Positions 9,702 to 18,136 of a DNA stretch of 35,454 nt are shown in pieces. Both the position numbers and the translations under genes were made by a program. Position 1 is the stretch's first letter; each line of letters opens with the position of its first letter. Where the stretch lies: assembly GCA_051439605.1 (NCBI GenBank), contig JBFRWN010000007.1, positions 1 to 35,454 of the forward strand. Reading direction: 5' to 3'. This DNA is from Synechococcus sp. GTDB lineage: Bacteria > Cyanobacteriota > Cyanobacteriia > Thermostichales > PCC-7336. Under the pieces are notes generated by a model. That model was not told the DNA's origin. It did not search any database and saw only the letters and a list, made by a program, of their open reading frames with translations.

Positions 9702-10778
9702 ATGTCCACAAAAGCAATCACTGTTTTAATGCTAGGCCCCAGCTTAGATGTGAAAGGGGGAATGACATCGGTTGAGACCTTAATTTTAGAAACCCCGATC
9801 AATAATGTCGAGATTCAACACATTCCCATATTTCAAGATGGATATATAGGATCTAAACTGACGATTTATTTTGCAGCGATTGTAAAAACTATATGGGCTG
9901 TACTAACACAGCCGGTCAGCTCAATCCACCTACATATGTCCAATGGCGGAAGTATCTTGAGGGGGGCAATTCTTATTCTCTTGATGTCTATATTTCGTAA
10001 GCCCGTTATTCTTCATATGCATGGAAGCAGCTTTCATTTGTACTTTGACAAGTTTCCTAAATTTCTACAAAGTCTGTTGAGATTTGTCTTTCGTAAATGC
10101 AGATTTATTATTGCACTTTCTGAAAGCTGGAAAACCTATTACGTAGAAAATCTTGGTGTCGAGCCCGATCGAGTGATTATATTACCAAATCCTGTCAAGC
10201 TGCCTGAAACCCTACCCAAGCGCGATGAAGCAAGGGATATAACATTCCTCTTTCTGGGGCGGCTCGGACAACGAAAAGGGACATTTGATTTGATCCAAGC
10301 TTACTCAGCTCTCTCTCCCGATCGATTAGCAAAATCCTCACTTGTGCTGGCGGGAGATGGAGAAATTGATAAAGCTAAGCAGAACGTTTTAGAGCTGAAT
10401 CTCGGCGATCGCGTGGATATTACCGGTTGGGTTGGTCCGGAGCAACGGGATCGACTGCTATCTGAAGCTGATATCTTTATTCTTCCCTCCTACAACGAAG
10501 GACTACCGATGGCTGTTTTGGAAGCCATGGGATGGGGGTTAGCGGTGATTACAACTCCTGTCGGGGGTATTCCTGAGTTGGTGACCCCAAATGTAGATGG
10601 GATATTGGTTGAACCGGGTAATGTCGAACAATTATCCACGGCAATGGATTTGCTCGTCGACGACGCAGCCATTCGCCACGAACTAGGGACTCAGGCGAGA
10701 AATCGTGTGGAGCCGCTTAGCATCAATAGCTACATTGACAAGCTTGCCAATCTTTATCAATCGAGTCAGTTCGCCTAG
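9702..10778 (+). CDS. Glycosyltransferase family 4 (GT-B)
   Basis: KGG near the N-terminus, HMHG, FLGRLGQRKG, FILPSYNEGLPMAVLEAM, PVGGIPE. Confidence 0.92.
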   Translation: MSTKAITVLMLGPSLDVKGGMTSVETLILETPINNVEIQHIPIFQDGYIGSKLTIYFAAIVKTIWAVLTQPVSSIHLHMSNGGSILRGAILILLMSIFRKPVILHMHGSSFHLYFDKFPKFLQSLLRFVFRKCRFIIALSESWKTYYVENLGVEPDRVIILPNPVKLPETLPKRDEARDITFLFLGRLGQRKGTFDLIQAYSALSPDRLAKSSLVLAGDGEIDKAKQNVLELNLGDRVDITGWVGPEQRDRLLSEADIFILPSYNEGLPMAVLEAMGWGLAVITTPVGGIPELVTPNVDGILVEPGNVEQLSTAMDLLVDDAAIRHELGTQARNRVEPLSINSYIDKLANLYQSSQFA

Positions 10779-10968
10779 CGCTAGAGGATAGTGAAATGAA
10801 TTCGAGCGACTGAACTGAAGCATCATCCAAAAAGAAGAGTCGATCTGGCCAATACCAACTTAGCTTTTGTTTTCCTATAATCCTTAACGCATCATCAACA
10901 TCCCTAATTTGTAGAACCTAATGTATGGAATTGCGGGGTTGCCATGCACCTCATTCGCATTGTTCTAT

Positions 10969-11010
10969 ACACATCGCTCTTAACACATTGCTCTTAACAC
11001 ATCGCTCTTA
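10969..11010 (+). repeat. Tandem direct repeat, 3 x 14 bp (ACACATYGCTCTTA)
   Basis: Units at 10969, 10983 and 10997, with a single C/T difference. Confidence 0.9.
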
Positions 11011-11052
11011 CCGATCGTTCATCGCCGATTCGTTTGTGGGATTCTGCAGCTT

Positions 11053-12117
11053 ATGTCTTTGCCCTTTGATGCCGCCGCCACGCAAGAACGAGTCGATCGC
11101 TTCTGGCAACTGGACGCTAGTTTCGGCATGGAGCGTAACGCCTACCACAACTACCTGAACGAAATTGTTAGCGATCGCTACGCCCTCGTCAAAGGCTTGC
11201 AGCTGTTACGGGATGAGTTACAGTTTGCCGCTGCCAGCCCCACCGAGATTAAAGCCTGCGGTGCGGATATGAGTCTGCCTAGCGTCGTTACAACATTGGC
11301 GTACACCAACTGCGGCGATCGGATCCACCAAGGGGAAGCAACCAAACGCTATCGAGATGTGGTGGCTTCGCGGTTTGCCACTCTCTCAGAAATTGGTGAA
11401 TTGAAGCTGGAGGCGTTTTTCCCAGCGGGGGGCGGCACCGACAATGGCGCGACATTGGCCCACGTAACGGTAGCCCATGAGCTGGATGAGCAGCTCAAAC
11501 AGCGTGTGTATGCCGGCAATCCCCAGTCCATTTCGCTGGTGGCGATCGACCTCAAAACTCACGTGGGTCGACTGCGGGAGGGAGGGCAGCAGGTTTACGG
11601 CAAGACCCGAGAGGCCCCCTGGCGTGCCCCCCGTGCCGCCTGTGGAGCAATTGTGGGGGCATTAACGGACTACCACCCCGAAAATCTGATTCATCGACGC
11701 ATTCGCGATGATTTAAGGGAGCGAAACTTTCAGTATCTGTCCAGCCAACAGATATTGACTGATGATGGTGTGGATATCACGATGGCGGTGGCAGCCATCA
11801 TTGTGGCTGTCCGTGGCGTTCGCAATACGGCAATGGCACTGGCCCACGAACTGGACGAGAGGGGGGTAGCCCATCTAACAGCAAGTACAACTGTGAATCG
11901 CCCCTCCCGCGATGATTTAGTGATTTACCTGGCTCGCGCGACGGTATTCAACGGCAAAATAAGAATTCAGAGTTTGGGCACCGAAGCAGAGCGTTACGGT
12001 GGCAAGTTGGTGAAATATGCTGGCGAGCAGCGTCTGCAGTTACGCTACGACGATTGGAACAGCGCGCATTTGCCCATCGAAGAGATTGCTTACACCGTTC
12101 GCTCCTCCGGGCTGTAA
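11053..12117 (+). CDS. Conserved-looking hypothetical protein; putative LCIB/theta-type (beta-fold) carbonic anhydrase
   Basis: Long clean ORF with ordered motifs TNCGDR (C87, D89), a Gly-rich segment ending in His, THVG (H170), G..R and AACGAI (C197). These parallel LCIB-family LCRDE / PHI / ACGAL. Confidence 0.6.
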   Translation: MSLPFDAAATQERVDRFWQLDASFGMERNAYHNYLNEIVSDRYALVKGLQLLRDELQFAAASPTEIKACGADMSLPSVVTTLAYTNCGDRIHQGEATKRYRDVVASRFATLSEIGELKLEAFFPAGGGTDNGATLAHVTVAHELDEQLKQRVYAGNPQSISLVAIDLKTHVGRLREGGQQVYGKTREAPWRAPRAACGAIVGALTDYHPENLIHRRIRDDLRERNFQYLSSQQILTDDGVDITMAVAAIIVAVRGVRNTAMALAHELDERGVAHLTASTTVNRPSRDDLVIYLARATVFNGKIRIQSLGTEAERYGGKLVKYAGEQRLQLRYDDWNSAHLPIEEIAYTVRSSGL

Positions 12118-12240
12118 TAGCTCCTTCAGGGAAGGACTTCTGCATGCTTCGAGGTAGAGCCTCTTACGCCTCTGCCTTATCAAAGCATCAATCTCGATGG
12201 CGGAAGGACTCACTCATCGACTTGTTTTTGGAATGAGGGG

Positions 12241-12948
12241 CTAGGCAATCGCCAATTCCCGCCCAGACTGGGTCATCAGTTGTGCCAATTTGGGCCAAGC
12301 CAGGATATCTTCAAACACCGCTTTGTGACCTTCCCCATTGGGGTGCAATCCATCCTCAATCAACCGAGCATTGCTCCAAAGGTCTCCTCTGGCATTCCAG
12401 CGATCGAAGCAATTGAGAAAGGGAATATCACGTTGATGACAAGCAACCCGGATCGCTTCGTTATACAGTGCTTGGTCAACATGGCTGTAATACACCGAAC
12501 CCGCAAACGGCATCTTCACCTCATCCACCGGCACCATACCCACAAACCAAGTAGGCCCCATAGATTGAGCCAGATCTAGAATTCTGGCAATGGCCGCCTC
12601 AAACTCCTCTAGCGGCACGTAATGACGACCGTTTTGATGCCCCAAGCGAGCGGAATCATTAGCCCCTACCGATAGGATGAGGGCGTCCGGTTGACGGTTG
12701 CGCAGCTCTCCCCTCCTGTAGAATTCAGACTGCAGCCGCTGTTCTACATGCCTGACCGTGTCCCCCCTTACCCCCAAGTTATACAGGATATGCCCCTCCT
12801 GCTGAGGGCGCTGCCAGTGGCGCTTCAGCCGTTCTGCCCAGCCGCCCCCTTCCCAGTCTCCGTAGCCGTAAACAAAACTGTCCCCAATAGCCACCACCTT
12901 GAGAGGATTCTGGGGAGAATTGGAGCGAAGCGGAGTGGTTGCTGGCAT
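12241..12948 (-). CDS. SGNH/GDSL hydrolase
   Basis: GDSF block I, NLGVRG, GAND, DGLHPN. Confidence 0.9.
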   Translation of the reverse strand: MPATTPLRSNSPQNPLKVVAIGDSFVYGYGDWEGGGWAERLKRHWQRPQQEGHILYNLGVRGDTVRHVEQRLQSEFYRRGELRNRQPDALILSVGANDSARLGHQNGRHYVPLEEFEAAIARILDLAQSMGPTWFVGMVPVDEVKMPFAGSVYYSHVDQALYNEAIRVACHQRDIPFLNCFDRWNARGDLWSNARLIEDGLHPNGEGHKAVFEDILAWPKLAQLMTQSGRELAIA

Positions 12949-13048
12949 AGAGAAGATAAGTACTCTAGGTAAAAACTACCATCCTAATTGCCTGTGTTGC
13001 AAAATATTAAGCACCCTTTTTGATGGCCCTTTGGAAATGGAAGCGGTG

Positions 13049-14455
13049 CTAAAGGGGCAATCGCACCTCGAAACAGGTTTTGCCAGGCTCCGAGTCCAAC
13101 ATCAAACTGCCACCGTGGCGGTTCTCCACAATCCTCCGCACTACATCCAGCCCCAGCCCGGTCCCTTTTCCCATCGGCTTAGTGGTGAAAAAGGGCTCTA
13201 GAATCCTCGATCGCACGTCGGGAGATATGCCGGGGCCATTATCCTCCACTTGGACACGAAGACGATCGCCTTTTTGGCAGGTGCGGAGGGTGATTTTTGC
13301 CGGATCGCCGTTGGGGACTCTGTCAGCGAGGGCATCAATCGCGTTATCGAGCAAGTTGGTCCACACCTGATTGAGTTCGCTGCCGTAGGCCAGAATATGC
13401 GGCAGCTGACGATCGTAATGCCGCTCCACTTGAATGCCGTGCTTGAGCTTGAAGGCAAACAGGCGGAGCGTATCTTCGATACCATCGTGAACGTCAATCC
13501 GCTGTTGGGCAGCACGGTCCATATATGAATAGGACTTCATCGACTGCACCAAGGTGGAAATCCGCTCCGCCCCATCCAGCCCGTTGGCAATCATGCCCAT
13601 GACATCAAAGGAGAGGGCCAGCCAGCGCAGCCCCATTTCTCGCAATTCCGAGGGGTCATCCCGCCAGCGCTCCATTAAGTGGCTCAAAGTTTCTGGAGCC
13701 ACCTCCCCCGCCGCTAGGGGTTCAGCCAATTGCCAGGCATCCTCCACACCGTAGTCCTCCAGCCAGTCAGTGAGGGCATCCTCGCGATCTCCTTGAGCTA
13801 GTGGGTCGTTCTGCGGATGAGAAATCGCCTCAAATCCGCGATCGCGCAGTTCCAGCCATTCTTGAGTGTGGGCATCATCCACCTGCTGCTGGCCGTACAC
13901 CAGGTTCATGCGCTGCAGTTCGAGGATGGCGGGTTTGACATCTTTGAGGACGCGCACCAGGGCAGCCGCAGGGTTATTGAGTTCGTGGGCTAGGCCAGCA
14001 GCCAGAGTGCCTAATGCCGCCATCTTTTCTCGGTTTTGAATAAACGACTCTAGCCCTCGCAAGCGTTGACCTACCGTGCGAAAAATATCTTTTTCGAATT
14101 CGCGACAGCTATGCAGGACATCAAGAAAGTCATTGCACTTGAGCCGATAGAGTTCGGTAGCGGTGTCCGCCACCAGAGTGACGGGAACAAGATCTTGGGT
14201 GAGCACCTGAATTTCCCCAAAAAATGAGGGGCTTTCGTGGCGACCCACGGGCATATCTGCACCGTTGCTGCTGCGCAGCACCGAAATTTGTCCGCTCAGT
14301 TGAATGAAAAAGCCTTTTGACGTATCTCCTTCCCGCACCAATACTTCCCCGGGTTCCAGCTGGATGCGATCGGCACGCTCGCAGATCCAGGCCAGCCGCG
14401 AGGGGGGAAGTTTGTTAAACGGGTGCATCTGGGAAAGGAATTCCGAACAGAGCAT
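13049..14455 (-). CDS. Cytoplasmic sensor histidine kinase with N-terminal cyclic-nucleotide-binding domain
   Basis: cNMP fold (GEVLVREGD...FFGE), H-box AHELNNP, N-box QVWTNLLDNA, DNGPGI, FFTTKP, GTGLGL. No TM helix evident. Confidence 0.92.
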   Translation of the reverse strand: MLCSEFLSQMHPFNKLPPSRLAWICERADRIQLEPGEVLVREGDTSKGFFIQLSGQISVLRSSNGADMPVGRHESPSFFGEIQVLTQDLVPVTLVADTATELYRLKCNDFLDVLHSCREFEKDIFRTVGQRLRGLESFIQNREKMAALGTLAAGLAHELNNPAAALVRVLKDVKPAILELQRMNLVYGQQQVDDAHTQEWLELRDRGFEAISHPQNDPLAQGDREDALTDWLEDYGVEDAWQLAEPLAAGEVAPETLSHLMERWRDDPSELREMGLRWLALSFDVMGMIANGLDGAERISTLVQSMKSYSYMDRAAQQRIDVHDGIEDTLRLFAFKLKHGIQVERHYDRQLPHILAYGSELNQVWTNLLDNAIDALADRVPNGDPAKITLRTCQKGDRLRVQVEDNGPGISPDVRSRILEPFFTTKPMGKGTGLGLDVVRRIVENRHGGSLMLDSEPGKTCFEVRLPL

Positions 14456-14532
14456 CGCTTTGACCTCAAAGATTCAAGTGCAAGAGTAAAATTTTTGCGC
14501 TGAAATAATGCTGGGTTCAGGACATAGCGCGC

Positions 14533-16206
14533 TTAAACAGTGGCTAAATGGCGGTGGACAAACTGAACGCAAATGGACCCTTCCCCCACTCCAGAAGCCA
14601 CCCGCTTCACAGAGCCGCTGCGCACATCCCCAACGGCAAAGATGCCTGGCACGTTGGTTTCGAGCAAAAAGCGATCGCGGTCTAACGGCCAAGGAGTGGC
14701 AGTGGGCAAATCCGGCCCTGTCTGCAAAAATCCTCGCTTGTCCCGTTGCAACAGCCCATCCAGCCATTCCGTTCTAGGGATGGCCCCAATAAAAATAAAC
14801 AGGGAATTCGTGGCAAAGGTCTTGACTTCGCCCGTCCGAGAATCTTTGACCGAGATAGTTTCTAGGCGATCACCCCCCTGGGCTTCAATGACGCTGTGGA
14901 AGGGTAGTACCTCGATATTGTCGGTACCGTCAATCTGGTCAATCAGATATTGCGACATGCTTTTGGTTAAGGATTCCCCTCGCACCAACATGCGCACCTT
15001 GCGGGCGTATTTGGAGAAATACATCGCCGCTTGACCGGCGGAATTGGCACCACCCACTACGTATACGTCTTCGCCTGTGCAAGCTGCTGCCTCAGTTTGG
15101 GCCGCGCCGTAATACACCCCCGCCCCCGTGAACTGTTGGATTCCTGGTACCGTCAGTCGACGCCATGACACCCCCATCGCCAAAATCGCCGCATGGCAGT
15201 TAATCTCGCTGCCATCCGCCAGCGTAACGATACGGTAGTTACCCTCCAACCGAATAGAAGTTGCCTCTTGAGGGGTGAGAATTTCCACCCCAAACCGTTT
15301 TGCTTGGGTCACCGCCCGACGGGCTAAATCCCCACCGCTGAGGCCCACCGGAAAGCCCAAATAATTTTCGATTCGGGAGCTGGTTCCCGCTTGCCCCCCC
15401 GGTGCCTCCCGCTCGATCATCACCGTTCGCAGTCCTTCCGAAGCTCCGTATACAGCTGCGGCCAGTCCAGCCGGACCGCCACCGACGATCGCGAGATCGT
15501 AGAAGGGCTTGTTGGCCTCTGTCTGCATTCCCACCTGCAGGGCCAACTGAGCGGGGCTGGGTTTGACCAGCTTTTCACCGTCGGGCAGCAGCACCAGCGG
15601 CAGACAGGGGTTGTTCGTTTCACTGGCGCAGGCTACTAACTGCTGCGCTTCTCGATTGCTTTCGATATCCAGCCAACGGTAGGGCACCTGATTGCGGGCC
15701 AAGAAATCACGCAAGGCATGAGATTGAGGGGACCAGCGATCGCTGATGATTTTGACCCCCTGAAACTCTGGCTTGAAGGATGCCTGCCAATCGTGCAGCA
15801 GATCGTCGAGGACAGGATAGAGTTTTTCTTCGGGAGGGTCCCAGGGTTTCAGCAGGTAATAGTCCAGTTGGGCAGAGTTAATGGCATCGATCGCCGCGTT
15901 GGTGTCGGCATAGGCGGTTAGCAGTGCCCGCTTGCCCTTGGGGAAGATTTCGGAGGCTTGCTGGAGAAATTCCACCCCGCTCATTTCGGGCATGCGTTGG
16001 TCTGCTAAAAACAGTGCTACGGTGTCCCCACGCAGCTTTAGCTGCTGCACCACTTCCAGAGCCTTGACCCCAGAATCGGCACGCATAATGCGGAAGCGGG
16101 AGCCATACTGCTTGCGTAAATCGCGGGCAATGGCCTGCAAAACAGCCGGATCGTCGTCAATGGTGAGAATAACGGGCTTCTCCATCGCGCTCTCTTCCCT
16201 TGCCAT
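14533..16206 (-). CDS. Receiver domain + glutaredoxin-like domain + thioredoxin-reductase-like flavoprotein fusion
   Basis: REC (IDDD, ADQRMP, LTA, KPW); Grx/NrdH-like WSPQS..LRDFL...VPYRWLDIE; FAD GGGPAG, GGQ...IENYLGFP; GGANSA; FAVGD. Start at 16206 or 16185. Confidence 0.88.
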   Translation of the reverse strand: MAREESAMEKPVILTIDDDPAVLQAIARDLRKQYGSRFRIMRADSGVKALEVVQQLKLRGDTVALFLADQRMPEMSGVEFLQQASEIFPKGKRALLTAYADTNAAIDAINSAQLDYYLLKPWDPPEEKLYPVLDDLLHDWQASFKPEFQGVKIISDRWSPQSHALRDFLARNQVPYRWLDIESNREAQQLVACASETNNPCLPLVLLPDGEKLVKPSPAQLALQVGMQTEANKPFYDLAIVGGGPAGLAAAVYGASEGLRTVMIEREAPGGQAGTSSRIENYLGFPVGLSGGDLARRAVTQAKRFGVEILTPQEATSIRLEGNYRIVTLADGSEINCHAAILAMGVSWRRLTVPGIQQFTGAGVYYGAAQTEAAACTGEDVYVVGGANSAGQAAMYFSKYARKVRMLVRGESLTKSMSQYLIDQIDGTDNIEVLPFHSVIEAQGGDRLETISVKDSRTGEVKTFATNSLFIFIGAIPRTEWLDGLLQRDKRGFLQTGPDLPTATPWPLDRDRFLLETNVPGIFAVGDVRSGSVKRVASGVGEGSICVQFVHRHLATV

Positions 16207-16285
16207 AAGCCTCGGCTTTCAGCCTTAATCTTGGCTCATTTTTTTTGGGTGAGGGGCGATCGAGGATACGGGTTACCTCCCGAAA

Positions 16286-16963
16286 TTAGCTGTCACTATT
16301 CAAATGGCGCTTAAACCACTGACTGGCCAAGTGCGACACTTGCCCCAGTGCACCGGGTTCTTCAAACAGGTGTGTTGCACCGTGAACAATCTCGAGTCGC
16401 TTCTCAACCTTCAACGTGAGCAAAGCGTCCCGATTCAATTCGAGCACCGGCTTGTCATTGCCTCCCACAATCAGCAGAGTTGGGGCTGCAACCGAGGGCA
16501 GAGCCGATATTGCTAGGTCGGGGCGTCCACCACGGGAAACCACAGCACGAATCACTTGTGGTAGCTCTGCCGCTGCGATCAATGCAGCTGCACTGCCAGT
16601 ACTAGCGCCAAAATATCCGATGTTTAACGCTGCAGTATCGGGGTATGTCTGCAGCCAATTCGTAGCTCCCACGAGGCGCTCGGCCAGCAGATCGATGTCG
16701 AAACGCAGATGCCGCGTCAAGCGATCGACCTCTTCCTCGCTGGGGGTCAACAAATCGAACAGGAGGGTGGCCAGTCCCGCTTGCTGTAAAGTTTCAGCCA
16801 CGTATCGATTGCGGGGGCTGTTGCGACTGCTGCCACTGCCATGGGCAAAAACTACAATACCCCTGGCTCCATCTGGAATATCCAGGTTGCCCTCCAGTGC
16901 CACCTTGCCGGTACAAATCGCTACCAGACCCTCTTCTTGTTTGGGCGCGAATATATTTTGCAT
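16286..16963 (-). CDS. Dienelactone-hydrolase-like alpha/beta hydrolase
   Basis: FAHGSGSSR, nucleophile elbow GASTG, SRGGRPD, GGND, ATHLFEEPG. Confidence 0.85.
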   Translation of the reverse strand: MQNIFAPKQEEGLVAICTGKVALEGNLDIPDGARGIVVFAHGSGSSRNSPRNRYVAETLQQAGLATLLFDLLTPSEEEVDRLTRHLRFDIDLLAERLVGATNWLQTYPDTAALNIGYFGASTGSAAALIAAAELPQVIRAVVSRGGRPDLAISALPSVAAPTLLIVGGNDKPVLELNRDALLTLKVEKRLEIVHGATHLFEEPGALGQVSHLASQWFKRHLNSDS

Positions 16964-16999
16964 GGGTCGATCCTCCCAATCATCGTCCGAAGATGGATG

Positions 17000-17665
17000 T
17001 TAACTATTGACTTGCAAAGGTGTACGAGTCGATCTCTCTAGAAGCTCCTGAACTTCCGCGTCGGAGGTCTGTCCAAAATCCATATACCATTGACCGATCG
17101 CGAAGAAGGGTTCGGGAGTGGCGAGACAAACTACGTCATCGACTTCGGCTTGCAAAGATTTGCAGATAGACTGCGGTGCCACAGGAGTTGCCACAACGAT
17201 CCCCTTCGGTTGTTGCTGTCGCAATGATGAAATAGCAGCTCTTAGGGTGGCACCTGTGGCAATCCCGTCATCAACGAGGATAATAACTTTCCCTGTGATG
17301 TCGGGGAACGGGCGCCCTCCGCGGTAGAGGAGATCCCGTCTGTCAAGTTCCTCTTGCTCTCTAGCAATGACCTTGTCAATCTCAGCTTCAGAGATGTTCC
17401 ACGCCTCGATCACCTCTTTGTTCAAAACCCTGACACTGCCCAAGCCGATCGCTCCCATTGCTAGTTCCTCGTAGCGAGGGACTCCTAGCTTGCGGACAAT
17501 GCAAACATCGAGCGGGGCATTGAGCGAGCGAGCCACCTCAAACGCGACTGGAACCCCTCCACGGGGTAAGCCCAGCACCAATACATCCTTACGGCCAGCG
17601 TAATTGCTGAGATAGGCGGCTAGGTGTTTACCTGCTTCAACTCGATTGGAAAATGGCACTAACAT
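17000..17665 (-). CDS. Type I phosphoribosyltransferase (Rv0571c/Rv2030c N-terminal type)
   Basis: F.NR.EAG, LPRGGVPVA, RKLGVP..EELAMGA, PRPP loop VDDGIATGAT. ATG 17665 has a GAGG Shine-Dalgarno. Confidence 0.88.
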   Translation of the reverse strand: MLVPFSNRVEAGKHLAAYLSNYAGRKDVLVLGLPRGGVPVAFEVARSLNAPLDVCIVRKLGVPRYEELAMGAIGLGSVRVLNKEVIEAWNISEAEIDKVIAREQEELDRRDLLYRGGRPFPDITGKVIILVDDGIATGATLRAAISSLRQQQPKGIVVATPVAPQSICKSLQAEVDDVVCLATPEPFFAIGQWYMDFGQTSDAEVQELLERSTRTPLQVNS

Positions 17666-18136
17666 GACGTGCCTCACAAAATGAAATCGTTCACATTGGT
17701 GGAAGCCAGTGACCAAGACCATCAAGAATGACTCGAACATCCGTCATCTGATGTTTAACCGGGTCTATCTAAAACCTGCACACATCCACCTCCTCCGACG
17801 GCCAACCCCGGAAGAGGTTTATTCCCCTCTTTGGCGAATTGCGACAACATGTAAATGTTCGGCTTCAATCCGTCTTGGGGTCGATCGAGTAAGTCTTGCA
17901 CCTATATAGATCTTCAGCTCCCTTCGTTCTTTACCTATTCAGAATGTTCGCAATAGTTAAAGATCGTTCGCTACACTCCTCTCTTTCAGAGAGCACATGC
18001 CCTCTTACCTATATGTTAGCGAACCCGACAGTTCTACTGAACGAACAGAAGGCTGAAACCTCTATCGGCAAGCCAAGATGACTGGCTCGCTTGAACCATT
18101 GGAAATCTTGGGGATTCAGTCCGCGGCTACCAGATA

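Noticed and set aside
10969..11010. Short repeats (here and at 30674-30730) as mini CRISPR arrays
   Set aside because: Contiguous 14-15 bp units with no spacers and no cas genes.
17965..18023. GTTCGCTA...TAGCGAAC inverted repeat resembling attC ends
   Set aside because: Lacks the AAC triplet and the GTTRRRY consensus; the interior does not form one long hairpin.
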